In this document: in pieces, positions 20,333 to 29,321 of the stretch
Layout: each line of letters opens with the position of its first letter
Position numbering within the stretch: position 1 is the stretch's first letter
IMG/VR virus record: IMGVR_UViG_2974598881_000001
Coordinates: 12,269 to 76,268 of that record
Strand: one strand, 5' to 3'
Length of the DNA: 64,000 nt
Source of the DNA: a virus
Lineage: Duplodnaviria > Caudoviricetes
Translations under genes and position numbers: made by a program
Notes under the pieces: generated by a model
The model's input: the letters and a program-made list of their open reading frames with translations, nothing else
Databases searched by the model: none
What the model was told of the DNA's origin: nothing

Positions 20333-20958
20333 GTGTCAAGATCATCGGAGACATCGCCGCCGAGTTCAATCGACTCGGCGGTCGATCCGTCTTCACTCGA
20401 GGATGGGAGTCCCGTGGAAACGGACAGTCTTCCAACTACGGTGGACTCTTGCTCCACCACACGGCAGGCTCCCGCAACGTCAACATTGATCAGATTCTCA
20501 TCTCTGGGAGATGGGACCTTGCAGGACCCTTATGCAATTTCTGCATCATGTACGACGGCGACTTGGGGGTCATTGCTGCACACCCTGCGAACCACGCTGG
20601 AGCCAGTGGTGGATGGGATACGGCGCCTTTTCCACGAACTGGTCTCTTCAACCGAGAGATTATCGGCTGCGAAATCCAGTACCCTGGAGTGGAGCCGATG
20701 GCTCAGGTTCAGTACGAGTCGGCCAAGCGCCTTGCCACCGCGACCCTCAATGTTCTGGGCAAGGCCGGACAATACCAGTGGGTCAAGTTCCATCAGGGCA
20801 CCTCCGTGGAGGGCAAGTGGGACCCCGGCTACGCTGAGGGCAAGACGTACAACATCTCGTCCTTCCGTAACGACGCGAAGGGCACTCCCCAGGGCGAGGA
20901 CATGAACAGTCCCGACTGGAAAGACAACCTTCGTCAGCTAATGGGGTACCCCGAATGA
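20329..20958 (+). CDS. lysA: Lysin A, N-acetylmuramoyl-L-alanine amidase (Amidase_2)
   Basis: LLLHHTAG, GPLCNF, ANHAG, IGCEI, KFH...KWDPG motifs. Confidence 0.9.
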   Translation: MSVKIIGDIAAEFNRLGGRSVFTRGWESRGNGQSSNYGGLLLHHTAGSRNVNIDQILISGRWDLAGPLCNFCIMYDGDLGVIAAHPANHAGASGGWDTAPFPRTGLFNREIIGCEIQYPGVEPMAQVQYESAKRLATATLNVLGKAGQYQWVKFHQGTSVEGKWDPGYAEGKTYNISSFRNDAKGTPQGEDMNSPDWKDNLRQLMGYPE

Positions 20959-21815
20959 GCAAGCGCTTCTTCATCTTCGACGCTCGAGGAATCACTGAGT
21001 CCTACGAGCCGGTCGGCAACTTCGTGCCGATGTTGACGAAGGTCATCCGCCTCGTCAAGAAGGTTCACCCCGATGTCGTCGTGGAGCATATCCAGTACCG
21101 GGCCTCGATCAGCGCGATCAACGCTGATCGAGACCCGTTCGCTCCTTCCGGCGACAACGGAGCCAACGATGTCGTGAAGTGGCTTCGAGCTCGCATCGCG
21201 AAGCTCGGACCCGAGGACTACTACATCATTCTCGGCTACAGCGGCGGCGCAGTGGGCACGACGCGGCACCTCAAGCTGTACGGCGGAGATCATCGGTGCC
21301 TCATGTACGGCAACATCGCGAACCCTTCGCGCGCTGCGGGCAACACGTACGGAGTCGGAAACGGCTTCGACTGGAACCCGATCACTCGGCGCAACGAGCT
21401 CCGCGAAGGCATCTACGCCACCCAGGGGACGGGCACCACGGTTCACAATCTCTCCACCAAGGTTCCGCTCGTGGAGATCGCCAACCCGAACGACGTGATG
21501 ACCTCGTGCCCGAAGGCTTCGCCGCTGCACGCCTTCGCTGGTCCGGTTATGGCGTTCGACTTCCGCAATCCGTTCGATCTGATCAAGCAGCTTCGCGAGC
21601 GTGGGATCGAAGAGATCGCGCGCAACATGCTGACCGTCGACAACTGGCTCAATCCCGGCTGGCGCAGCTGGCCCTGGGACCTCGACGCCTACATGAAGCA
21701 CACTCACACCACCGACTACGAGCTCAAGGGTTGGGCCGACAGCAACGGCAAGGGAATCAGCGGCGTGGAGCTGCTCGCCAGGCAGATCAACTGGCGCATC
21801 TCGCGTGTCCGATGA
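20955..21815 (+). CDS. lysB: Lysin B (alpha/beta hydrolase, cutinase-like)
   Basis: ILGYSGGA nucleophile motif, IANPSR, ANPNDVMT, late H-T-D-Y. Confidence 0.85.
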   Translation: MSKRFFIFDARGITESYEPVGNFVPMLTKVIRLVKKVHPDVVVEHIQYRASISAINADRDPFAPSGDNGANDVVKWLRARIAKLGPEDYYIILGYSGGAVGTTRHLKLYGGDHRCLMYGNIANPSRAAGNTYGVGNGFDWNPITRRNELREGIYATQGTGTTVHNLSTKVPLVEIANPNDVMTSCPKASPLHAFAGPVMAFDFRNPFDLIKQLRERGIEEIARNMLTVDNWLNPGWRSWPWDLDAYMKHTHTTDYELKGWADSNGKGISGVELLARQINWRISRVR

Positions 21816-21888
21816 GGCGGATCAGGTGTGGCTAGACATGTGTGCTGCCGCAGACTTTCCGCCGCTACCGCCACTTAAGGAAGACATC

Positions 21889-22734
21889 ATGCCCACAAGG
21901 TACCATCCCCTCAAGAAGGGGTATGTGGTCACCAGTCCGTTCGGCTGGCGCGCCTTCGATAACGCGGTGCACACCGGGATCGACTTCGGTAGCTCGAACG
22001 GTTCGCCCGCCTCCTGGCCGGTGTATGCTATCCAGAGCGGCACGGTGCTGCACTACGGGGCGGCTAGCGGCTATGGTGGCCCCGATCCTGCAGGCTGGAT
22101 CGTGATCGACTCGAGCGATGCACAGGGGTCTGGCGTTTTCGAGTACGGTCACATCGTTCGCGAGCCCTGGATCAAGGAAGGCGTAGCGGTAAGCGCCGGA
22201 CAGAAGATCGGGTACATTAACCCGAACAGGAACACGAACGCTGGCGTCGATCCGCACCTGCACGTCTCGTACATGCCGTACGAGTACAACCCCAAGAAGA
22301 AAAAGGACTTCGCGCCGCTACTTTCGGGCGCACTCTTTCCTGGCGAGACCGCGCCAGTGACACCACCGACCACAGGAGGAACGAAAATGAGTGATGGTAG
22401 CGAGGTTCGCGTGCAGCTGCGCGGTCCCGGCGACAACGGCTGGGTACAGCTGACTCCCCAGCCCGACGATCAGGGCAATCGGTTCAGCATCTTCAAGGGC
22501 AAGAACGTCACGGCGCAGACCGTGGTCGAGGCGCTGGCGACCGTCGTCTTCGAGCTGACCTTCCGCCTTCCGCGTGCCGGTCGCGGGTACGCGGACTTCA
22601 AGAAGCGCAAGGGCGACACGGTTCTCGGGCACTCGGCGAGTGCTGCGGCCATCGCAGCAGAGAACCAGGAGATCCTTCGGCGACTCGCCGACAAGGCCGG
22701 GGTCGATGTCTCCGACATCGGCAAGGTCAGTTGA
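21889..22734 (+). CDS. Lysin A, M23 peptidase with C-terminal cell-wall-binding domain
   Basis: HTGIDF, YGH, PHLH M23 motifs; QLRGPGDNGW...TVVEALA C-terminus; start 21889 has AAGGA (alternative start 21805). Confidence 0.88.
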   Translation: MPTRYHPLKKGYVVTSPFGWRAFDNAVHTGIDFGSSNGSPASWPVYAIQSGTVLHYGAASGYGGPDPAGWIVIDSSDAQGSGVFEYGHIVREPWIKEGVAVSAGQKIGYINPNRNTNAGVDPHLHVSYMPYEYNPKKKKDFAPLLSGALFPGETAPVTPPTTGGTKMSDGSEVRVQLRGPGDNGWVQLTPQPDDQGNRFSIFKGKNVTAQTVVEALATVVFELTFRLPRAGRGYADFKKRKGDTVLGHSASAAAIAAENQEILRRLADKAGVDVSDIGKVS

Positions 22735-23186
22735 TCGGCTGGCGCAACCGGCCAGGCGTATTCAAGAAGCAGCCGGAAGCGGAAGACAAGCCCGAAAGCA
22801 TCAAGGGTCACCTCGCTCTGACGGCTTACGTGTTTTCGGCGTATCCGATCTACTACGGGTCACTTGCTCTGATCTTTGGTGACGCCATCTGGAAACCCGA
22901 GCGCAGTGCGTTTGGAATACCACTTGCTCCACAGTCGGTCGGCGTGGTTATGGTTGTCGCGGGAATCCTGACAATCATTGCGGTGCGTCTTCCAAGGGGC
23001 GGTAGGCGATACGTCTCCTGGTGCATGAAGACCATGACACTCATGTGGGGAATCTTCTCGGTGACGTTCCTGATCGACGTCTTTCAGGGCGATTCGCCTG
23101 AAGCGTATGCTCCTGTCGGAGCGTATCTCATGCTGGCAATCCTCTGCGCCGATCGCGCAACCTTGGAGGACCAATGGCGTACGTGA
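22731..23186 (+). CDS. Membrane protein (4 TM), lysis accessory
   Basis: Four hydrophobic segments; coupled to the M23 gene. Confidence 0.7.
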   Translation: MIGWRNRPGVFKKQPEAEDKPESIKGHLALTAYVFSAYPIYYGSLALIFGDAIWKPERSAFGIPLAPQSVGVVMVVAGILTIIAVRLPRGGRRYVSWCMKTMTLMWGIFSVTFLIDVFQGDSPEAYAPVGAYLMLAILCADRATLEDQWRT

Positions 23187-23674
23187 TTGACAAGCTCAAG
23201 ACAGCCTTTAGTCACACACGAAAGGTTTATTCCGGGTCTTACCCGCTCTACCGAATGATCTGTTTCTTCGGTGTGGTCTCTGCGGTCTTGTCGTTCGCGG
23301 GCGATGCGTGGCCCGCCTCGTTCGTAGAGGCCACAGACGGAGCGGTTTATCAGAACATCTTCGGCGGTATGCAACTCGTAGGTTGCCTCCTCGTCCTGGT
23401 GGGAATGTACTTCCACAAGGAGGATGAGCCGAGTCTTCAGAAGGTATCGACTGCACTGTATCTCGAACGAACGGGATGCAGTCTACTGATACCTGTGGTG
23501 GCTTCCTACACCTGGGGCGTGATCCAGATGAACATGGGGCCACCTACTACGTGGGCGACCCTGACGTTGGTAGCGGCAGGGCTCTACTTCGTTATCAGGT
23601 TCATCGAGATCGGGCGCGTGCTCAAGGGATTGCGAGCAAACGCACCGAAGGCCGAGGAGTTGAAGGGTGAATGA
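23174..23674 (+). CDS. Membrane protein (4 TM), lysis accessory
   Basis: Four hydrophobic segments. Confidence 0.7.
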   Translation: MAYVIDKLKTAFSHTRKVYSGSYPLYRMICFFGVVSAVLSFAGDAWPASFVEATDGAVYQNIFGGMQLVGCLLVLVGMYFHKEDEPSLQKVSTALYLERTGCSLLIPVVASYTWGVIQMNMGPPTTWATLTLVAAGLYFVIRFIEIGRVLKGLRANAPKAEELKGE

Positions 23675-24029
23675 CGTTATCACTCTGCTGCTTGGCGGCG
23701 GACTTGCTGCTAGCATCATCGAAACAGTTAAGTTCTTTGCCACCCGCAGGCAGATAAAGCGAAAGGACGAGGCCTCCTCCTTGAAGGAGGAGGCCTCGGC
23801 TGACGCCACGGTAGGAGGTGCATGGCGTGAGCTATGGCAGACCGGGGACCAGTGGAACAGCAAGCTTAACAGCGCCTTCAGGCTCGAGGTGCTGAAGAAC
23901 GAACAGTTCGTCGATCTGATTCAGGAAGCCACTTCGCATCTGGATCGAGAGAAAGCTGAGCCTATCCTCGACAAGATGCACACCATTCGGGCTGGAGTCA
24001 GTATTGGGAATCGGGACGACTCTTTGTAA
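23667..24029 (+). CDS. N-terminal TM plus coiled-coil protein, lysis accessory
   Basis: VITLLLGGGLAASII, then a basic patch and a helical region; last gene before the terminator. Confidence 0.7.
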   Translation: MNDVITLLLGGGLAASIIETVKFFATRRQIKRKDEASSLKEEASADATVGGAWRELWQTGDQWNSKLNSAFRLEVLKNEQFVDLIQEATSHLDREKAEPILDKMHTIRAGVSIGNRDDSL

Positions 24030-24045
24030 CCGGAGTCTCGTCATT

Positions 24046-24086
24046 GGAAAGCGGACCGCGTCTAGCGTGGTCCGCTTTCCTTTGCT
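24046..24086 (+). terminator. Rho-independent terminator ending the late operon
   Basis: ggaaagcggaccgcg-tctag-cgtggtccgctttcc followed by tttgct. Confidence 0.8.
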
Positions 24087-24152
24087 CTTCTGGGTACTGT
24101 GAACATCGGGGAAGGTGTCCGTACTCGCCCATACACTCGTCACAATGAAACA

Positions 24153-24377
24153 TCACTTACTCCTCTTGAGTAGCTTCTTGGCTCGGCGCTGATCCTTCGC
24201 GTCCATCTCGGCGTATGACCACCACTGATAACTACGAGCTACGAACACAGAATCGCACTTATCGCACCTCCAGAATGTTCCCTCCCGGAATTGGGGGACC
24301 ATCGTGACCCCGGCAATCGGAGGGGAACAGTCTGCGCACTTGCTTGGCACGGGTCCTAGCTCGAGAACACTCATCAC
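24153..24377 (-). CDS. Small zinc-ribbon protein
   Basis: CADC...CDKC. Confidence 0.6.
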   Translation of the reverse strand: MMSVLELGPVPSKCADCSPPIAGVTMVPQFREGTFWRCDKCDSVFVARSYQWWSYAEMDAKDQRRAKKLLKRSK

Positions 24378-25570
24378 TTCATCCTCTTGGTGATCTTCGG
24401 CTTCGGCTCCGAGATGGACTCCTTGACGGACGAGCGCAACAACGACTTCTGTGAAGGCGTCAGGGCTGCACCCTTGAGAAGCTTCTCAACCTCGGCGTTG
24501 GTCACCTTGTCCATCTGAGCAAAGATGGCAGGCCCCACGATCTCCCGCACCTTGGACGGGTCGTAAGACTTCCGCCTCGAAGACTTAAACTCAACGTTAT
24601 AGTCCTCAGTGTCATAGTTAATCTCGTCGGTGTCCATTGCATCTTTGAGCATCTCTTCGACGACCTCGTCAATGGCGTAACGGATCGCCTTCGACGCGCC
24701 CTCCAGTTCGTATAGACGCTTAGCCATCTCGTTGCGGTCGCCCTGAATCGCCATGATGCCGCCAGCGTCGACATTCTTGGTTACAAGCGGGCAGGTGGAC
24801 TTGGCTACGCAGAACTGGCACTCGGGGTTGAGTGAGCGCTTGCCGGGGTCAGGCTCGGCGATGATGCGCTCTGCAACTCGCCGAACATAACGCCAGGTCT
24901 CGACGTTGTCGTCTCGAGTGAGGCGAACCTCTGCCGCGTCGTACCGGAGCTGATCGAAACTAACCCAGATCTCGTCGGGGCTAAGCTCCTCGCCGAGCTC
25001 GGCTGCGAGCTCCTTGAACGCGAGCTGGATCGCCATTCCGTAGAGACGAGCCTGCGGCTTCTCGCGAAGGGTCGCGGACGTGAGAACCTGTCGCCAGGTC
25101 TTGTAGTCCACGACGCGGATGATGACCTTACCGTTCTCCTCGAACCGGTCGAGCCGGTCGAAGATGAAGGTGTAAGGCACCTCGCCAATGGAGGTCTTGA
25201 TCGGCACGCGGATCTTCTTCTCCACCATGAGCACCTCGACGTCATCGAGGTTGGTGCGCGCATACCACCGCTCGAGCATGTCCAGACCGTCCGCGTACCA
25301 CTTGTTCTTGGGGTCAGGAAGCGTCTGGAACTGCTTCATGAACTCCTGCTTGAAGTATGCGACGATCCGGCTCCACAGAAACTCGCCGGTCTTCTCGACA
25401 TAAACCTCGGTGACGATGCGCTCGAGGGTGTCGTGCACCGCAGAGCCGAGCTTTGCCGGGTCACTGCTACCATCGGGCGACGGCGTACGCTGCACGTTCT
25501 CGAGGAAGTACCGGTGCGAGCATCCCTCGAACGTCTGGAGGGACGATGCGGAAATCGTCGTAAGCTTCAT
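24374..25570 (-). CDS. Cas4/RecB/AddB-like PD-(D/E)xK exonuclease
   Basis: SASSLQTFEGC, LGSAVH, VEKK, IFDRLD, VVDYKT, QARLYG, CQFC-x5-C Fe-S staple. Confidence 0.9.
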   Translation of the reverse strand: MKLTTISASSLQTFEGCSHRYFLENVQRTPSPDGSSDPAKLGSAVHDTLERIVTEVYVEKTGEFLWSRIVAYFKQEFMKQFQTLPDPKNKWYADGLDMLERWYARTNLDDVEVLMVEKKIRVPIKTSIGEVPYTFIFDRLDRFEENGKVIIRVVDYKTWRQVLTSATLREKPQARLYGMAIQLAFKELAAELGEELSPDEIWVSFDQLRYDAAEVRLTRDDNVETWRYVRRVAERIIAEPDPGKRSLNPECQFCVAKSTCPLVTKNVDAGGIMAIQGDRNEMAKRLYELEGASKAIRYAIDEVVEEMLKDAMDTDEINYDTEDYNVEFKSSRRKSYDPSKVREIVGPAIFAQMDKVTNAEVEKLLKGAALTPSQKSLLRSSVKESISEPKPKITKRMK

Positions 25571-25788
25571 TTTTTCTTTGGCCCCCTCGGAGTAGATTTG
25601 CCGCCCCAGATACCATCTGTCGAGCTGGTGCGTTCTCGGTAGTCACTGCACTGCCGGGCGACCGGACACTGCATACAGATCTTCTTGGCCTCGTTTGCGC
25701 GGGCAGACTGCCCCCGGCCAGGGAAGAAGGCGTCTGGGTCGTGATACCCTACACAGAGGGCTTGACGGGTCCACTCTTCGGGCTCGAT
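25567..25788 (-). CDS. whiB: WhiB-family transcription factor (no canonical start; absent from the ORF track)
   Basis: IEPEEWTRQALC-VGYHDPDAFFPG...AKKICMQCPVARQC...DGIWGGKSTPRGPKKK*; 4 Cys and GIWGG; stop overlaps the nuclease ATG (ATGA). The start shown (ATC at 25788) is only a candidate. Confidence 0.9.
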   Translation of the reverse strand: MEPEEWTRQALCVGYHDPDAFFPGRGQSARANEAKKICMQCPVARQCSDYRERTSSTDGIWGGKSTPRGPKKK

Positions 25789-26174
25789 GTGGAAGGTCGC
25801 GTGGGAGCCGACGGTGCCTGCGGCTTGCTCTCCTTCTCCGCAGACGCATTCGTCTCCAACGTCTTGCTGGGGTCGGACTCCGTCTGCACCTGATCGAACA
25901 GCGAGGGATCGGCAGATGCCTGTGCACCTAAAGGGGCGCGGCCACCACGGGCCTCCAGCTCGAAGGCGGTCTGCGGCTCGCCGGTACCGAAGAGCTCGTC
26001 GGCGTCCGACTTGGCATCTGCCTCGGCACGCTGCTCACTGGTGAAGGCGGTCTGCTGCATGTGCTGCTGGAATGCAGTCTGCTCTGGGGCAATGGGGCGG
26101 AAGTCGGTGTAGTTCACCTCGCCGACGCTTTTGATCGGATTGAGCTCGTACGGTCCTGCAGGCTTGTCTGCCAT
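25749..26174 (-). CDS. Hypothetical acidic protein overlapping the WhiB frame
   Basis: 141 aa, AGGAG RBS, high GC3 until ~25815. Confidence 0.75.
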   Translation of the reverse strand: MADKPAGPYELNPIKSVGEVNYTDFRPIAPEQTAFQQHMQQTAFTSEQRAEADAKSDADELFGTGEPQTAFELEARGGRAPLGAQASADPSLFDQVQTESDPSKTLETNASAEKESKPQAPSAPTRPSTSSPKSGPVKPSV

Positions 26175-26241
26175 CTTTGTTCTCCTACGATTGTGTTTGA
26201 CCTATCCGTGCGATAGGTTATCACGGTTTGTGTGGTTCGTG

Positions 26242-26376
26242 CTAGTACGCGGGCATAGCAGCAAGCAATACACTGATCCGATCAGCGGTGTATCGCGCGG
26301 CGATCTGCGGAGCGAGGTGAGCAGCACGAGTCCACCAACGCTTGCGGTGGCGTCCGCCACTGTTGAAAAGCTTCAT
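26242..26376 (-). CDS. Small protein (44 aa)
   Basis: MKLFNSGGRHRKRWW...; hand translation, 1 nt after the upstream stop. Confidence 0.4.
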   Translation of the reverse strand: MKLFNSGGRHRKRWWTRAAHLAPQIAARYTADRISVLLAAMPAY

Positions 26377-26377
26377 G

Positions 26378-26464
26378 TCACTTCCAGTTGTCTCGAATCG
26401 CCATGACGGCGACGATTGCCAGAAGGGCCCAGATGGTGACCTGAATCCACAGGGTCCAGCTCAT
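26378..26464 (-). CDS. 28-aa membrane peptide
   Basis: MSWTLWIQVTIWALLAIVAVMAIRDNWK; AGAGGA RBS; ATGA overlap. Confidence 0.6.
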   Translation of the reverse strand: MSWTLWIQVTIWALLAIVAVMAIRDNWK

Positions 26465-26664
26465 GGTATCCTCTTCATGTTCTGTAGTCGAGTAATTTCA
26501 AAGACGTCGGGAATGTACCAGCCGTCTCCGCGATTGCGCCAGATGCAGTTGCAGATGGCACAGTAAGCGGTGTCTGCCGTCCCCACCCTGGCCGGAATCG
26601 GGCCGATGGCCTTGATTCCGGCACAGAGTCCGCAGGACTCGCTAGAGGTTTGCGAATAGATCAT
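26461..26664 (-). CDS. Small zinc-finger protein
   Basis: CGLC...CAICNC. Confidence 0.5.
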   Translation of the reverse strand: MIYSQTSSESCGLCAGIKAIGPIPARVGTADTAYCAICNCIWRNRGDGWYIPDVFEITRLQNMKRIP

Positions 26665-27361
26665 CGCCTTCTTCCTCCAGCTTCTTCGCCGCCCTCTCGT
26701 AGCGAATCTCGTCGAGCTCGATGGCTACCGCGTTCCGTCCACAGTTCTTCGCCGCTCGGACGAGGGAGCCAGAACCGCCAAAGGGGTCGACCAGAAAGGC
26801 TCCCTCGGTGGTGGAGTGACGAATAAGAAGCTCCAGAAGCGCCGGAGGCTTCTCGTGAGGGTGGATGAGCGCGTCAGGCCGAAGCTGGGGAACGTGAAGT
26901 ACACCGTTCCGTCGCTTGGCGTTCCGAGGCGCTCGCCCCTTCTTGAGAAAGATGATGAACTCATGTCCCTGTCCCCACGATTCGAGGTCGCCCATACCAG
27001 GGCCGTCCTTTTCCCACACGAGCACAGCCTTGCGCACGAACCCGTATTGACTGCAGAACTCGTCCAGCATGGCGAGCCATTCCTTGAGGACCTGGTACGC
27101 GGTGAATACGTACAGGTCGCAGTCATCCTTCGTCGCCGGAAGCAGCGAGCTCATCACGTCCTTGAAGACCTGAATCGCCACCTCCGGATTCTCATCGTTC
27201 GCGATCTTCGTCGCGTACTTCTTGCCGCCCTCGGTGACAGCCATGTTGCTCAGGTTGTCAACCCCGAAGGGCGGGTCGGTGATGATGCAGTCCACCGAGT
27301 TGGGCTTGAACCGCTGGCACAGCTCAATGCTGTCACCGTGCCAGATCTGATGAATCTTCAC
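26642..27361 (-). CDS. DNA amino-methyltransferase (N6-A/N4-C, beta class)
   Basis: Motif IV DPPF precedes HPHEKP and motif I DPFGGSGS. Confidence 0.92.
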   Translation of the reverse strand: MKIHQIWHGDSIELCQRFKPNSVDCIITDPPFGVDNLSNMAVTEGGKKYATKIANDENPEVAIQVFKDVMSSLLPATKDDCDLYVFTAYQVLKEWLAMLDEFCSQYGFVRKAVLVWEKDGPGMGDLESWGQGHEFIIFLKKGRAPRNAKRRNGVLHVPQLRPDALIHPHEKPPALLELLIRHSTTEGAFLVDPFGGSGSLVRAAKNCGRNAVAIELDEIRYERAAKKLEEEGDDLFANL

Positions 27362-27457
27362 ATCACTCCTATGAGATTTAAAAGTTGTATTGCGCGGGTT
27401 ACCCCTCCCGTGCTACCGACCTTCAGCATCCTAACGTCGGCCCGCTAAGTCGAGGCG

Positions 27458-27703
27458 CTACCCGTCGATCTCGATCTCGCGGTCGTCGGAGATCTCGACG
27501 TCCTCGAGGTCGATGTTGTTGATCGAGCCGCCGATGTCATCGAGGACGCCCTGAACGTCGTCGTTGGACAGGAACAGGTCCTCCAGAACGTTGAAGGCGG
27601 CGTCCGTCTTCTCGTCGTCGGTGGGCGCCTCGGCGTCCTTGAACGAGGCGCTGTCGAGGTGCAGGATGGCGTCGTCGACGTCGAGGGTGATCTTGATCTT
27701 CAT
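27458..27703 (-). CDS. Highly acidic hypothetical protein
   Basis: 25 D/E versus 5 K/R in 81 aa. Confidence 0.7.
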   Translation of the reverse strand: MKIKITLDVDDAILHLDSASFKDAEAPTDDEKTDAAFNVLEDLFLSNDDVQGVLDDIGGSINNIDLEDVEISDDREIEIDG

Positions 27704-27713
27704 GGTGTATCTC

Positions 27714-27962
27714 CTACTTGTTGTCGAGAATGGATTCGTTGTTGACGATCTTGTTGAGCTTGATGAGAACCTCGCCGCCCAGGTTGAGGAGCATCTCCTC
27801 GAGGGAGATCTCGCCGTCCCGGTACATCTCGAGGTCCATCTCCACCGCGTCCTGGACGGTGGTCGGTTCGCACGCCGGGTCAGTGCAGTCGGGGTCTTCG
27901 CACTTGTAGTTGTCGAGGTCGATGTTGGCGTCGAGTACTTCGACCTCGAAGAACAGGCGCAT
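27714..27962 (-). CDS. Acidic hypothetical protein
   Basis: MRLFFEVEVLD...; 82 aa; TGATG coupling to MazG; 21 D/E. Confidence 0.7.
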   Translation of the reverse strand: MRLFFEVEVLDANIDLDNYKCEDPDCTDPACEPTTVQDAVEMDLEMYRDGEISLEEMLLNLGGEVLIKLNKIVNNESILDNK

Positions 27963-28447
27963 CAGGCGATCTTCCCGTGCATACGCGGCCTGGTGGCGTT
28001 GTAGCGATACTTGAAGATGTACGCCTCGGCGAGCGACATACCCCTGGTCTCCGCCGAGTCGCACATGCGGATGATCGCATCCACGAACTCCGCCGAGACG
28101 CCCTCGGCCTTGCGGATCGTCTCGCCGTCGTTCTCGTACGGGTCGAGGTGCATCTCGTCGTTCTGCTTGGAGCGGAACCACAGCTTCGGCTCGTTGGCGC
28201 GGTACGACTCGAGCGCCTCGGAGACCTCCGAGTGGATCAGCGCGACCTCCTCCGGGAATCCGCGCCCCGAGTCGTGGAAGCCCTTGCTCTCGATCATGCG
28301 GAACACGCTCGCCTGCATGAGGTCGAGCGCGCTGGCGACAAGCCCCTCGCCCTCCTCGGTCAGGGCGCCGGTCTCCTTGTCGAACATGTGCCGCCACTCG
28401 GGACCGCTGATGAGCGGATCGGCCTGCTGCTCGGTGGGGTACGTCAT
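27962..28447 (-). CDS. mazG: MazG-like nucleotide pyrophosphohydrolase
   Basis: ALIHSEVSEALE...AEFVDAIIR...KYRYNATRP..HGK. Confidence 0.88.
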   Translation of the reverse strand: MTYPTEQQADPLISGPEWRHMFDKETGALTEEGEGLVASALDLMQASVFRMIESKGFHDSGRGFPEEVALIHSEVSEALESYRANEPKLWFRSKQNDEMHLDPYENDGETIRKAEGVSAEFVDAIIRMCDSAETRGMSLAEAYIFKYRYNATRPRMHGKIA

Positions 28448-28644
28448 TTGATTAACACCTTTCCGTTCTTGTCGACCTCAATGCACTGAGGATCGGCCTT
28501 CGTGTTGTTGCGGTTGGATCGGACGAGAAAGTATCTCCCGCCCTTGTGTGCCCAGTAGGTTCCCGACTCGGGCGCGTCGGCGATGTACCCGAGATTGACC
28601 CTCGCGCAGACTCCGACGCCGGTGATTGGCTTGGGGATTCTCAT
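28444..28644 (-). CDS. Hypothetical protein
   Basis: 66 aa; ATGA overlap with the RusA stop. Confidence 0.55.
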   Translation of the reverse strand: MRIPKPITGVGVCARVNLGYIADAPESGTYWAHKGGRYFLVRSNRNNTKADPQCIEVDKNGKVLIK

Positions 28645-29207
28645 GGCGTCCACTCGTTGTTCTGAATCGACTGATCTCCCAGTTCGGACTGAATCATCGC
28701 TTCCCATGCTTCCTGTCCCTCCGGAGAGAAGAAACTGTCATGGTCACAGATTGCGGTCTCGAGCGGCGAAAACCCCTCGATACTGTGACGAACCTCGATC
28801 ACCACGAACGGGAGAGTGTTCTCTCGCTGTGGTCCGTAGAGCCGCGATGCCGTCGCGATCACGTCGCGGTCGTTGCCGAACGCGGCCCCCTGCAGCGCGT
28901 CCTCCGTTCCCTTTTGCATGTTGGTTACGTCGGCCCAATTGCGAGATAAAGTTCGACCACTCGCAATCTTTGTCTTCGTGAGCTGACGACTGAACGTGAA
29001 CCTGACGCTGTAGTACGGCCCGGGAAGGTCGCGGAGGCTGGTCAGGATCACTTCCTCCTGGAGGGCGTCCTGGTACATCTTGAGTACCTTGTTGGGACTC
29101 ACCTTCGGGAAGCGCTTCTTGCCTGCGGTGATGACCGCAACGTCGCCCATAGCCCAGGGCTCGGGGTTTATCGAAAAAGCAGCCGCAACAACATTTGCGT
29201 ACGCCAC
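28641..29207 (-). CDS. rusA: RusA-like Holliday junction resolvase
   Basis: ADVTNMQKGTEDALQGAAFGNDRDV matches the RusA catalytic pattern; GTG start after GAGGAG. Confidence 0.8.
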   Translation of the reverse strand: MAYANVVAAAFSINPEPWAMGDVAVITAGKKRFPKVSPNKVLKMYQDALQEEVILTSLRDLPGPYYSVRFTFSRQLTKTKIASGRTLSRNWADVTNMQKGTEDALQGAAFGNDRDVIATASRLYGPQRENTLPFVVIEVRHSIEGFSPLETAICDHDSFFSPEGQEAWEAMIQSELGDQSIQNNEWTP

Positions 29208-29321
29208 AGCCAACTCCTCTCGTTCCACTCCTGCTTTGCCAGGTACCTGGCGTAAGCTGCCGGGTACTGATCCGGCATTTCGCTTGCGATCTCTCGACCG
29301 CGAGCGCTGATCCACCTCGCC

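Noticed and set aside
25643-25927. 94-aa minus-strand ORF from the track over the WhiB locus
   Set aside because: Arg-rich shadow frame; the WhiB frame and the 141-aa frame explain the coding signal
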